From a candidate division FCPU426 bacterium (lineage in GTDB: Bacteria; Oederibacteriota; JAAXVQ01; JAUVAV01), in assembly GCA_040756875.1 (NCBI GenBank), contig JBFLYH010000001.1, positions 672,001 through 736,000 of the forward strand: 64,000 nt of DNA, given 5' to 3'. A program made the translations under genes and the position numbers. Positions 47,858 through 57,230 of this stretch are shown here, in pieces. Within the stretch, counting starts at the first letter, position 1. Every line of letters begins with the position of its first letter. The notes under the pieces are model-generated. The model did not search any database. It was not told the DNA's origin and saw nothing but the letters and a program-made list of their open reading frames with translations.

Positions 47858-48106
47858 ATGAGACTGAAGTTTTATTCCCTTTCGACCTGCATCTGGTGCC
47901 GCAAGACCAGGACTTACCTGGATGAAAACAACATCAGCTACGCGGAAGTCACGGTGGATAAACTGACGGGCGGAGAACGCGAAGAAGCCCTGCGGGAGCT
48001 TGCCCGGTTCAATCCCAATAAAAGCTTTCCCACCTTGGTCTTCGAGAACGGAAAAATCGTGATCGGATACAAGCCGGACGATATTCGGGACGCGTTGAAG
48101 AAATAA
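47858..48106 (+). CDS. glutaredoxin/NrdH-like protein
   Basis: CIWC, SFPT, IGY. Confidence 0.9.
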   Translation: MRLKFYSLSTCIWCRKTRTYLDENNISYAEVTVDKLTGGEREEALRELARFNPNKSFPTLVFENGKIVIGYKPDDIRDALKK

Positions 48107-48110
48107 ACCC

Positions 48111-48551
48111 ATGGAACCCGAGCGGATTGCCCGGCTGCGCACAACGCTGGAAAAACGCCGCGGATACTCGCTCAATCCCGATTCGGACATGACGGACGCC
48201 CTGTTGGATGGGTTGTTGGTCAACACCGATAGGTACGGATATGCTTTCTGCCCCTGCCGCCTGGCTTCCGGGACCTACGAACAGGACCGGGATCTGATCT
48301 GCCCCTGCAATTACCGCGATCAGGACGTAAACGAATACGGAGCCTGCTATTGCGGGCTGTATGTCAGCCAGGAGGTGGTCATGGGCAAGAAAAGCGTTGA
48401 ATCCATTCCGGAACGGCGCGGAGCGCCGTCGTCCCCCCTCCAGCTCTGGCGGTGCCAGGTTTGCGGTTATCTCTGCGTGCGCCCCCACCCGCCCAATGTC
48501 TGCCCCATCTGCGGCGTTTCACACGATCGTTTCGAAGCTTATAATCTCTGA
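48111..48551 (+). CDS. ferredoxin:thioredoxin reductase catalytic domain fused to a rubredoxin-like domain
   Basis: YG..FCPCR, ICPC, GACYCGLY, then WRCQVCGY..PPNVCPICG. Confidence 0.9.
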   Translation: MEPERIARLRTTLEKRRGYSLNPDSDMTDALLDGLLVNTDRYGYAFCPCRLASGTYEQDRDLICPCNYRDQDVNEYGACYCGLYVSQEVVMGKKSVESIPERRGAPSSPLQLWRCQVCGYLCVRPHPPNVCPICGVSHDRFEAYNL

Positions 48552-48574
48552 ACATCCCGCCTTATGCTCGCGTC

Positions 48575-48603
48575 TTGACAGCCCTCCGGGCTTACGCTAA
48601 CAT
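48575..48603 (+). promoter_or_regulatory. sigma70-type promoter
   Basis: TTGACA-N17-TAACAT upstream of the 48636 gene. Confidence 0.6.
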
Positions 48604-48635
48604 GAATAAATCTATGTTCTCCTGGGGAGGATAAG

Positions 48636-48959
48636 ATGTCCCGGAAATGGCACGGAATCGCTTGGGTGATGCTCGTGAGTCTGCTTTCCGGCTGTGTTAC
48701 GATCGGCCGCCCCGTTCCTTGGGAAGCGGCTTCCCAGATTGTGGTGGGGAAAACCACCCGCGCGGAGATAGAACAACGGCTGGGTCCTCCGTACCGCACC
48801 GGCCTGGATTCCGGAAACCCTTCGGTTACCTATTTGCACTACCGTTTGGGGCTGTTTTCCCAGCCCATCACCACGGATCTGACGGTCGTATACATGCCAG
48901 ACGGCCTGGTCAAGTCGTATACCTTCAACACCAACCAGAGCCAGAACGAGGAAGAATAA
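48636..48959 (+). CDS. SmpA/OmlA (BamE-like) lipoprotein
   Basis: Lipobox LSGC; GKTTRAEIEQRLGPP. Confidence 0.8.
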   Translation: MSRKWHGIAWVMLVSLLSGCVTIGRPVPWEAASQIVVGKTTRAEIEQRLGPPYRTGLDSGNPSVTYLHYRLGLFSQPITTDLTVVYMPDGLVKSYTFNTNQSQNEEE

Positions 48960-48987
48960 GCGCGGGGGATTTCGGGGAGGTTTCAAA

Positions 48988-50220
48988 ATGGCCAGCTCTT
49001 TACATCCGCTTCTGACGGCGAGATATGTCGCCGGCTACAGGACCATGGCGTTCTCCGGAGCCTGGGGCAGGTGGCAGACCGATCCGGCGCGCGTCCAGGC
49101 CGAATTCCACCATGATCCAGGGTGCATGCTGCCCAACGGCGAACACGACATCGCTTCGGTTTACATGCCGGTGGTAGGGCCTTACGATTCCGGAGATCCG
49201 GATTTGTGCGAGTACCATATTCTGCTGGCCAAGAGCGCCGGCCTGGACGGGTTCCTGGTCGACTGGTTCGGCCCGGAAATGTCCGTATCCGAGGTGCAGA
49301 ACGAAGCGCAAGTCCAGGCGCTGCTGCATATGGCCGAGAAGCTTGATTTCAAGATCGCCCTTTCCTTTTTCGACCGTTCCTGTTTCCCGCCCATGCGTCC
49401 TGCCGTAAAAGACCGCCAGCAGGCAGTGGCGGCAGCGCACGACGCCCTGCTTCACGCCCAAAACAAATATTTTTCGTCCCCTGCGTATCTTCGCTGGCAG
49501 GGCAGGCCGCTGTTGGCGCTCCAAAACCAGGGCCCGGCTGGTGCCGACTGGTCGGCGCCGCATTTTTCGGCCGCAGAATGGGATCAAATCCGCACGGGAC
49601 TCAAGGAAAACATCTTCCTGATCCAAAATTATCACCCCGGAATGTCGGAAGCGGATTTTACCGTCTGGGACAGCGTATATCCCGATCTGCCCACCTACCT
49701 GGGGGAATATGACACGGATGAGAAATACTGGGAAAAATGCGCGCATGCGCTGGGTAAAAACCGGTATCAGCTCATCAGCGGCATGGTGACGCCGGGATAC
49801 GATGACCGGGGTTGCGGCGGCCGCGACCTGAACAAGCCCCAGGTTTTCTCCCGCCGTCAGGGTGAAAAGTATTCGGCGACCTGGGAAGACAATCTGAACC
49901 ACGGCGCCCAGTTCATCCAAATCGGCACGTGGAACGATTTCAACCTGGGGACGGGCATTGAACCCGTGAAGGAACTTCTGCTGCATAAAAACGCCGCCGT
50001 GCCGGGGTGGGGTTACCGTGAATTGCTCACGACCCGCGAGTATACGCTTCGTTTCCGCCAGCACAAACTGTGGCCGCTGCCGGCGATCTTCCTACCCGAA
50101 CGCCTTTATCGGCTGCGCAAAAGCGGCGCCCCCACCACCCGCGGAGACCGGATTCGTCTCTATTTGTTGGAAGGGGACATCACCGGTTCTTCTTTGGGGC
50201 TCGAACATGCGGGGGTTTGA
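48988..50220 (+). CDS. glycoside hydrolase, GH99/GH71-like
   Basis: DIASVYMP.VGPYDS.DP, AGLDGFLVDW, PGYDDR, QIGTWNDF..GTGIEP. Confidence 0.75.
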   Translation: MASSLHPLLTARYVAGYRTMAFSGAWGRWQTDPARVQAEFHHDPGCMLPNGEHDIASVYMPVVGPYDSGDPDLCEYHILLAKSAGLDGFLVDWFGPEMSVSEVQNEAQVQALLHMAEKLDFKIALSFFDRSCFPPMRPAVKDRQQAVAAAHDALLHAQNKYFSSPAYLRWQGRPLLALQNQGPAGADWSAPHFSAAEWDQIRTGLKENIFLIQNYHPGMSEADFTVWDSVYPDLPTYLGEYDTDEKYWEKCAHALGKNRYQLISGMVTPGYDDRGCGGRDLNKPQVFSRRQGEKYSATWEDNLNHGAQFIQIGTWNDFNLGTGIEPVKELLLHKNAAVPGWGYRELLTTREYTLRFRQHKLWPLPAIFLPERLYRLRKSGAPTTRGDRIRLYLLEGDITGSSLGLEHAGV

Positions 50221-50312
50221 CCCGGTTCGTTCGGGCATGCGATGAACGGCCGTTCATTCATGAAAACGTCAGTAACGATTCATCCTGCGAGCAGAATCCG
50301 GAGCCCGCTGAT

Positions 50313-51926
50313 ATGATGCCCACTTCCACCCCGCGATCCGTCCTTCGGCACGCCGCCTTACTGGCTGCGTCAATCGGGTTCCTGTTGTCGGCCGCGCCTG
50401 GCCGGGCCGCGGTGTATGAAAAATACATCCTGGTGGTCCCGCTGCGCCCTGCCAATGCCGCCGCGCAAAAGCAAGCCTGGTTCGGCCCGGCTTTTCGCAC
50501 CGCCCTCCAACAGGCCGCCCTGTCCATGCAGACCCTGGTTTTCTTGAAGGATGATGAATTATCGGCCCTGCAAAAGGAATTCGGGTTCGGCGCGGGAGAA
50601 CCGGAACCCGGCCAAATGGAACGGGTGGCGGACAGCAAGGAAATCGCCGTGCTTCACGGCAGCTACCGCCTGGAAGGAGACAGCCTGGTCGTTGAATGCC
50701 AGGTGATCGCCGGCAGAAACGTCGAAGGCAGGACCTTTAAAGTGGCAGGGTCCACGCGGGCCCTGCGTCCGCTTTTCTCGAGTATCTGGGAGCAAGTCTG
50801 CAAAAACCTCAACCTGACCGTTACGGAAAGGGAAGCGGAGCTGTTAAAGCTTATTCCCGGAACTGATTCGTGGGCCGCGCTGGAAGCCTACCAGCAGGCG
50901 TGGGTGGCAGCCGGCGCAAATCCAGAAAGCTCAGAAGCCTGCCGGGCCGCGCTGCCGCATCTGGAACGGTCTTTGAAGCAGGATCCGAAGTTCGTTCCAG
51001 CTCTGGCCCTGCGCAGCGAATGCCTGTGGACCTTGGACGGCCCCCGGGCGGCGACAGCCAAAAAAGGCTCGCGGCCGCCGGCGATGCGCGATCTGGACCG
51101 CTGCCTTAAACTGCAACCCGAAAACCCGCTGGTGATGAATGCGCACGAACGCTTTCTGATCGATCAAAAAGCCTACGAGGAAGCAAGGGTCGAAGGCGAA
51201 AAAAACCTTTCCCTGTATCCCACCAATTACCGGAACTACCTTCAGCTGGCCGAGGCTTATCGCCGTTTGAAACGCGTCCCCGACGCCGAACGCCTGTTGA
51301 TTTCCGGTCTGGACCAACAGGGCACGGATTTTCAAAAAATGCCCTTCAACCTTTCTCTCGGCCTGCTGCTTTTGAAAAGCAAGGACGAGCATGCCGAGAT
51401 CTACCTGCGGGACGTGCTGAAGCTGATCCCGAAAAACGCCAAGCTGAGATACCTCCGGGCCGGGGCCTTGTACCGTTTGCAGCGGTATCTGGACGCCATG
51501 CACGAGGTTCAGCAGGCCGAAGCCGTCAAAAGCTGGGCGGAATTATTGAAACTCAAGGCGCTGATCGCCACGGCGCTGGGCAACCGGTTTTATGAAGAGG
51601 GGGATTTCGACCGCGCCTACTCCTATACCACCATCGCCATGAATTTGCGGCCGAATCATTTCGAGGTGCTCCTGTTGCTGGCCAAGGTCATGCGAAAAAA
51701 GGGCTTCCATGAACAGGCGCGCCAGCAACTGGATGCCGCCCAACGCGCGGCCCGGAAGAGCCATCCCAAGGATCATATGTGGCTGGGCACTGAATACGTG
51801 GCGCAGGGATTCCGCGACGAGGGCGCCAAGGAGTATACCCTCTATCTGAAACTCAACCCCAAAGCGCCGGAACGCCGCCGTCTGATTTCGCTGATCCGAC
51901 AACTTCAGGGCGAAACCGATGAATGA
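50313..51926 (+). CDS. exported TPR-repeat protein
   Basis: Signal peptide, N-terminal alpha/beta domain, TPRs (DPKF, PEN, LNPKAP). Start uncertain. Confidence 0.8.
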   Translation: MMPTSTPRSVLRHAALLAASIGFLLSAAPGRAAVYEKYILVVPLRPANAAAQKQAWFGPAFRTALQQAALSMQTLVFLKDDELSALQKEFGFGAGEPEPGQMERVADSKEIAVLHGSYRLEGDSLVVECQVIAGRNVEGRTFKVAGSTRALRPLFSSIWEQVCKNLNLTVTEREAELLKLIPGTDSWAALEAYQQAWVAAGANPESSEACRAALPHLERSLKQDPKFVPALALRSECLWTLDGPRAATAKKGSRPPAMRDLDRCLKLQPENPLVMNAHERFLIDQKAYEEARVEGEKNLSLYPTNYRNYLQLAEAYRRLKRVPDAERLLISGLDQQGTDFQKMPFNLSLGLLLLKSKDEHAEIYLRDVLKLIPKNAKLRYLRAGALYRLQRYLDAMHEVQQAEAVKSWAELLKLKALIATALGNRFYEEGDFDRAYSYTTIAMNLRPNHFEVLLLLAKVMRKKGFHEQARQQLDAAQRAARKSHPKDHMWLGTEYVAQGFRDEGAKEYTLYLKLNPKAPERRRLISLIRQLQGETDE

Positions 51927-52653
51927 AAGCCGAAAAACCGCCGCCCGGGCGGTGGCCGGGGCATTGTGTGTCATGTTCGCCGGCGTTTTGACGGCTTCGG
52001 CCCGCACGGAAAAACCGACGGTCGTGGTCGAGGATTTTTTCCGGCTCCTGTCCCAGAAGCAGTACGCCGAGGCGGCCGAATTGCTCAGCTCAGCCGACCT
52101 GCAAAACCTGGAAAGCCTACGCAAAAAAACCGCCAAAGCCGGAAAGCGCACCCAGGCCGTGCCGGACATCGAAACCGTGCTGTCCGATCTTTTCTTCCTC
52201 ATGTTCAGCGACGAAAACAAGAAGATGATGAAGAAGGCCCAGGATGGCGAAACCATCCTTCCGAGGCGGATTCATTTTTTCGTGCCTGGCCAGCATTACA
52301 TTGTCGGCCGTTACGCCGTGGTGTTCACGCGTGAAACCTACGAGCTGGCACCGGAACTGACCGGTCCGGTCCGGGATGATCCCCGCAAACTCTGGATCGA
52401 TCCGACCAACGAACTTTCCAAAGTGCGCGACGAAGCGTACTTCAAACAGTGGTGGGTTTGGGAAGGGGACCGGCTGACCATGCCGGGCGTGGTTTGGCTG
52501 GTCAAGGAAAACCGGATCTGGCGCATCGATTTATTGTCAGGCGTTGTTCCCCGGGAATCTTTCCGGAAAATATTGCGTTGGCATTTCGGCCGCGAAATTC
52601 TCGAAGAAAAGAAGAAAGCGGAAACCCCGCCGGCGGCACGCCCCGCCAAATGA
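51919..52653 (+). CDS. hypothetical exported protein
   Basis: Signal peptide; P..VVEDFF..L...Y.EA and LVKE...WRI suggest an NTF2-like fold. Confidence 0.7.
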   Translation: MNESRKTAARAVAGALCVMFAGVLTASARTEKPTVVVEDFFRLLSQKQYAEAAELLSSADLQNLESLRKKTAKAGKRTQAVPDIETVLSDLFFLMFSDENKKMMKKAQDGETILPRRIHFFVPGQHYIVGRYAVVFTRETYELAPELTGPVRDDPRKLWIDPTNELSKVRDEAYFKQWWVWEGDRLTMPGVVWLVKENRIWRIDLLSGVVPRESFRKILRWHFGREILEEKKKAETPPAARPAK

Positions 52654-52654
52654 T

Positions 52655-53419
52655 TTAAGGCGGTGACCGCGGCAAAGGAACCAGCAGGCGCCCTCCGGAA
52701 GAAGCGAATTCCATCTCGCCGGAAACCACAGTGCTTCCCTTGAGCTTGGGAGAAAGGGCCGGCCCGTCGACAGCCAGGGACAGTGAGGCGGTTTGGCCGG
52801 CCGCGACCGTCAGTTCGGACACGGCGGGTTTAAGCGAACGGGCTTTGCCCGCCTGGCTGATTTCGGCCCGCATCCGCCGCAACAAGATGGGAAAGTCGTT
52901 GGGATTGCCGATGGAAAGCAACACTTCCTGGCGCTCCCGCGTCTTGAGCGTGCGTACTTTGACCAAAGCCACGACCGGCAGTTTCGGGGCGAGCCGGTTG
53001 AAACGCTGTTTGAACGGCAGCGGCGCTTGCTGCCATTGGCTGGCCGAAGTCAACTGACCTGAAACCGTGAATTCTTGCGGTCCGGTTGCGGCAGATGTTT
53101 CGGCCGGCAGGCGCAGTTCAGCCGAAAGGGTCCTTTCTCCGTAGGCAGGCACCATGGGGAGGCGGGTGGTCTGGCTCTGGCGCGAAGTTTTGGCTCCGGC
53201 AGTCAGGGCGATGTCCAGACGGGAAAACAGCAGGGTCATGGGATTCATATTGCGGATTTTTAATTCCACTACGTATGAAGAAGTTTCCGGACTGGCCCAG
53301 TCCAATGACAGTCCGGTCACCTCCACTTGCGGATTTTGCAGGGCGGGATTCAGGCTGGCGCACCCGATCGCCAGAAAACACGGCAGGCAGCATACCAGAC
53401 GTTTCCAACGTCCTAACAT
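52655..53419 (-). CDS. LEA_2/WHy-domain lipoprotein (two domains)
   Basis: Lipobox AIGC; IRNMNP and IGNPNDFP. Confidence 0.75.
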   Translation of the reverse strand: MLGRWKRLVCCLPCFLAIGCASLNPALQNPQVEVTGLSLDWASPETSSYVVELKIRNMNPMTLLFSRLDIALTAGAKTSRQSQTTRLPMVPAYGERTLSAELRLPAETSAATGPQEFTVSGQLTSASQWQQAPLPFKQRFNRLAPKLPVVALVKVRTLKTRERQEVLLSIGNPNDFPILLRRMRAEISQAGKARSLKPAVSELTVAAGQTASLSLAVDGPALSPKLKGSTVVSGEMEFASSGGRLLVPLPRSPP

Positions 53420-53528
53420 GCGTTTTTCTCCTTTTCCTTCCTATTCAATCCGGCCTGCGTTTGCATTCTTGCAGAAAAACGGGGCTTTGGCAACTCCAAA
53501 CCCGGAACACGGCCTCGAAAGACGGCTC

Positions 53529-53557
53529 TTGATTTAAGGCGGTTTTTGTTTTATAAA
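53529..53557 (+). promoter_or_regulatory. possible sigma70-type promoter of the ECF sigma gene
   Basis: TTGATT-N17-TATAAA. Confidence 0.4.
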
Positions 53558-53621
53558 CAGTTCGGTTCCATTTGTATTTTTATTGCGGGCACAACGAACC
53601 CCGCGGGAAGTCAGGGGTCTA

Positions 53622-54218
53622 ATGGTTGGCAAGGTTCTGCAACAAGGCGATTTAATCGACCGCGCTCGCTTGGGTGACCGCGATGCTTTCGAAGCGCTGG
53701 TCAGGACTCATACGAATTATGTGTATAATTTGGCCTATAGTTTAACCAGCGGCAACCGTTCGGAAACGGACGATCTCACGCAGATGACGTTTATCCGGGC
53801 TTTTCAGGCCATGGCCCGTTTCGAGGGGCGTTCGGAATTTAAAACCTGGCTGCATCGCATTACGGTTAATTTGTGGAAAAACATGGTGCGCAGCCAGAAA
53901 CGCCGTAAATATTTTCAGCATCATTCGATTGACGAGGCGCCGTCTGAGGATTCCTCGAGCAGGCCTTTGGAACTGGTTGAAACCGGCCTGGATCCGGGCG
54001 AACGCTACACGCACCAGGAAACGTCGCGCATTGTCCGGGAGGCGATTCATCAGCTGCCTTCCGACGAAAGGGAAGTTGTGGTTTTACGGGATTTGGAAGG
54101 GTATGCCTATGAGGAAATCGCCCGTCTGTGCCGTATTCCGCTGGGTACGGTTAAATCGCGGTTGGCGCGGGCTCGCCGCCTGTTGCGCACCGCCCTGGAT
54201 CCCGTGCTGAGGAGCTGA
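53622..54218 (+). CDS. ECF RNA polymerase sigma factor
   Basis: GDRDAFEALV, DLTQMTF, FKTWLHRI, YEEIA...GTVKSRLARAR. Start uncertain. Confidence 0.95.
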   Translation: MVGKVLQQGDLIDRARLGDRDAFEALVRTHTNYVYNLAYSLTSGNRSETDDLTQMTFIRAFQAMARFEGRSEFKTWLHRITVNLWKNMVRSQKRRKYFQHHSIDEAPSEDSSSRPLELVETGLDPGERYTHQETSRIVREAIHQLPSDEREVVVLRDLEGYAYEEIARLCRIPLGTVKSRLARARRLLRTALDPVLRS

Positions 54219-54219
54219 A

Positions 54220-55221
54220 ATGGATTGCCGCGAGTGTTATGAACTGCTGCCTTTGTACGTTGACCACAATCTTTCCGCGTCGGAAATAAGCGAAATCAAG
54301 GCGCATTTGGAGCTCTGCCAGCCTTGCAGCCAAGAGTTCGCCAAACTCGAAGCGACGGTCAACATGGTTTGCGGGCTCTCCTGCGTGGAAGCGCCATCGG
54401 ATTTCCACCAGCGTTTCATGGCCCGCTTCAACCGGGAGTGCAAACCCTCACGCAGCTGGAACATGTGGGGAACCATGGCGTTGAGCACGGCGGCCGCTGC
54501 CATGGTGCTGCTGATGGTGGTGGTTTTCTACAACCCGCTGCCACCCATTACCGTGGCAAGCCGTGATTCCCATCTCGCGAAACCTAAAGCAACCAGCCCC
54601 ACCCAGGCCCCGGAGCCCGAATTGGCGGCCGCCAAGATGGACGCGCAACCGCAAAACGCCGAGCAGGCCGCCAGATCCTCAAACGAGGACAGCCGGGCGG
54701 CGCTCGAGGAGGCGCTCTCGCTCCCTGCTCCGGCTGCACCGCGGGAGGCGGCCCGACGGTCCGCCGGCCTGAGCCCATTGATCACAGCCGTTGATTTTCC
54801 TGGAGGCGGAGCCCTCGCCAGCCGTAAGCGCGAAGCCGCTCCTGCCGCCGACCAGGCCGCGCCCTTGGTGCGGTGGTCCGGGGAATGGAGCGGTGACACC
54901 AGCTTGGTCCAGGAACCTGTCAACAAAGTGCTGCGCTCCTCGGAAGCGCTGCAGGAATTATGGAAAACGGCAGGCCTGAAATCCCTGGCCATGCCCGAAG
55001 TCGACTGGCGGCGGGAGATGATTGGCGCCATCTTCCTGGGCCAACAACCGACCGGCGGCTATGAGATCCAACTCAAGGAACTCCAGCGCAATCCAAACGC
55101 CCTGGAGGTCAAATACGCCGTACGCTCTCCGCAGGACGCGGCGGCAGGTCGTCCGACCAGCCCTTTCTTGATTTTCCGTTTGCCGGCCACCCCTGCGCCG
55201 GTGCAGTTCACCGAAGAGTAA
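54220..55221 (+). CDS. zinc-binding anti-sigma factor with a TM helix and C-terminal PrcB-like domain
   Basis: MDC..HLELCQPC (HxxxCxxC), TM helix, PEVDW..AIFLGQQPTGGYEI. Confidence 0.85.
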   Translation: MDCRECYELLPLYVDHNLSASEISEIKAHLELCQPCSQEFAKLEATVNMVCGLSCVEAPSDFHQRFMARFNRECKPSRSWNMWGTMALSTAAAAMVLLMVVVFYNPLPPITVASRDSHLAKPKATSPTQAPEPELAAAKMDAQPQNAEQAARSSNEDSRAALEEALSLPAPAAPREAARRSAGLSPLITAVDFPGGGALASRKREAAPAADQAAPLVRWSGEWSGDTSLVQEPVNKVLRSSEALQELWKTAGLKSLAMPEVDWRREMIGAIFLGQQPTGGYEIQLKELQRNPNALEVKYAVRSPQDAAAGRPTSPFLIFRLPATPAPVQFTEE

Positions 55222-55240
55222 TCACCCCAAGGAGCACATC

Positions 55241-56345
55241 GTGGCCAACGCAGAATTGACTCAACTATCCTCTCGACTCGAGAAAATGCGGGGGTATCTT
55301 TGACATCGCGGGCAAACAAGCCGCGATCCGCAAGTTGGAAGAGGACCTTTCCCAGCCCAACGTTTGGAATGACCGCCATCAAGCCAAAACCTTGAATGCA
55401 GAGCTTTCCCGCCTCCGCAAGGACCTGCAGGCTTTCGAGGGCCTGACCCGGCAGCTCGTTGACCTGCAAACCGCCGAGGAATTATTGGCCGAAACCAAAG
55501 ACCCTGACCTGGAATTGCAGCGGGACCTGGAACAGGGATTGGGCCGACTCCGCCAGACCCTCGAGGATTATGAACTGCGGTTCCTGCTGGCCGGGCCGAA
55601 CGACCGCGACGACGCCATCGTCTCCATCCATCCCGGCGCAGGCGGCACGGAGTCCCAGGATTGGGCCCAGATGCTGTACCGCATGTACACGCGCTGGGCC
55701 GACCGGAAAGGGTACCAGGTTTCCTTGCTGGATTACCTGCCGGGGGAAGAGGCGGGCATCAAGTCCGTGACCTTCGAGGTGCGCGGCGATTACGCTTTCG
55801 GCTATCTGCGGGCGGAAAAGGGCGTCCACCGGCTCGTGCGCATCTCGCCTTTCGACGCCAACAAGCGCCGCCACACGTCCTTTGCCTCGCTGGACGTCAT
55901 TCCGGACATCGAGGACGAGGTCGAGATCGAAGTCAGGGACGAGGATGTGCGGATCGACGTGTTCCGGTCGTCCGGAGCGGGCGGCCAGCACGTCAACAAA
56001 ACCGAATCCGCGGTGCGCATCACCCATTTGCCCACCGGCATTGTCGTCCAGTGCCAGGAGGACCGGTCCCAAATAAAGAACCGGGCCAACGCCATGAAAG
56101 TGCTGAAAGCCCGGCTGTACATGCGCGCGCAAGAGGAAAAGGCCGAAAAAACCAAACAGTTGTACGGAGAAAAGAAGGAAATAGCTTTTGGCAGCCAGAT
56201 CCGCTCCTATGTCTTCCAACCGTACAGCCTGATCAAGGATCACCGCACCAACCACGAAGTCGGCGATGTTCAGCGCGTCATGGACGGGGATCTCGATCCG
56301 TTCATCGAGGCGTTTTTACGGCAGTCTCAAACTGTCGGCGCCTGA
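55241..56345 (+). CDS. prfB: peptide chain release factor 2 (programmed +1 frameshift)
   Basis: GTG at 55241 after AAGGAG; 20 codons ending MRGYL at CTT TGA C; +1 frame holds GGTESQDW, SPF, GGQ. Confidence 0.97.
55290..55304 (+). promoter_or_regulatory. prfB +1 ribosomal frameshift site
   Basis: GGGGGTATCTTTGAC: internal SD plus CTT-TGA-C. Confidence 0.95.
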
Positions 56346-57166
56346 TGTCCCGCGCGTTCGCCGGCGGTTTGCTCCTGCTTTCGGCCCTCCTGGCCCTGTG
56401 GCCTGTCCCGGCCGAAGGCTATGCGTTTTCCCGCCTGCTGGTTTACGATGTTCGCGGACGCGACCAGGAAGAAACCGCGCTGGTTTTGGAACAGCGCGGG
56501 GAAGAGGTCACGGTCTGGTTCAAGAACTATCTTGGCCGGCGAACCGGCCCGGTTCCCCTGGCGGAATACCAGTCCTGTTTTGAAACCCTCCGCACGATCC
56601 GCGAATTCGCCCTCAAGCCCGAATACCGGGGAAAGCCCCTGCGCGCCACCGCGGCCCATGGCCTGATCACCCTGGCGTGGCAGGACGAAAAAGGGAAGCA
56701 AATCCAATCCATCCGCTACTATGCGCCCGAACACACCCTGGATGATTTTCGCGCCGCCTTCAACCGCATCTGGGCCCTTTCCCGTTACGCCATCCTTTCG
56801 ATCGGATCGCTGGAAAGCCCCCGCTCGGAATACGTAGAGGAAGGCGTTTATTTTCTCTCCGGTTCCGGCTGGATGACCGTGGCCGAGATCCAGGACGTCG
56901 TCGAGTTCTACCGCACCAGCGGGCAAGGCGAACGCATGGCCCGCGCGGTCTGGCGTTCGCTGGATTTGAGCTATGCCAGCGCCGGCGCGTTCGCCCGGCG
57001 CAATTTTCTGGAATACTGCGTCGAAAAAAGCATGCTGCGCCTGGGCGACAGCGCCCGCAATTTTCTGGCCGGACGAGAGCAAAGTCCCCGGACCCGCAAA
57101 GGCCGCCTGGCCGAAAAAATCCAAAGTGCCTTGAAGGCCGACCCGCCACCAGCCAATAACCCGTAG
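56345..57166 (+). CDS. hypothetical exported protein
   Basis: ATG overlaps the prfB stop; signal peptide MSRAFAGGLLLLSALLALWPVPAEG. Confidence 0.75.
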   Translation: MSRAFAGGLLLLSALLALWPVPAEGYAFSRLLVYDVRGRDQEETALVLEQRGEEVTVWFKNYLGRRTGPVPLAEYQSCFETLRTIREFALKPEYRGKPLRATAAHGLITLAWQDEKGKQIQSIRYYAPEHTLDDFRAAFNRIWALSRYAILSIGSLESPRSEYVEEGVYFLSGSGWMTVAEIQDVVEFYRTSGQGERMARAVWRSLDLSYASAGAFARRNFLEYCVEKSMLRLGDSARNFLAGREQSPRTRKGRLAEKIQSALKADPPPANNP

Positions 57167-57230
57167 CGAAACCCGGCGAATCATTCTATAATGGACGCTG
57201 TCGTCCCCGACCATCATCCCCGCAAGGAGA

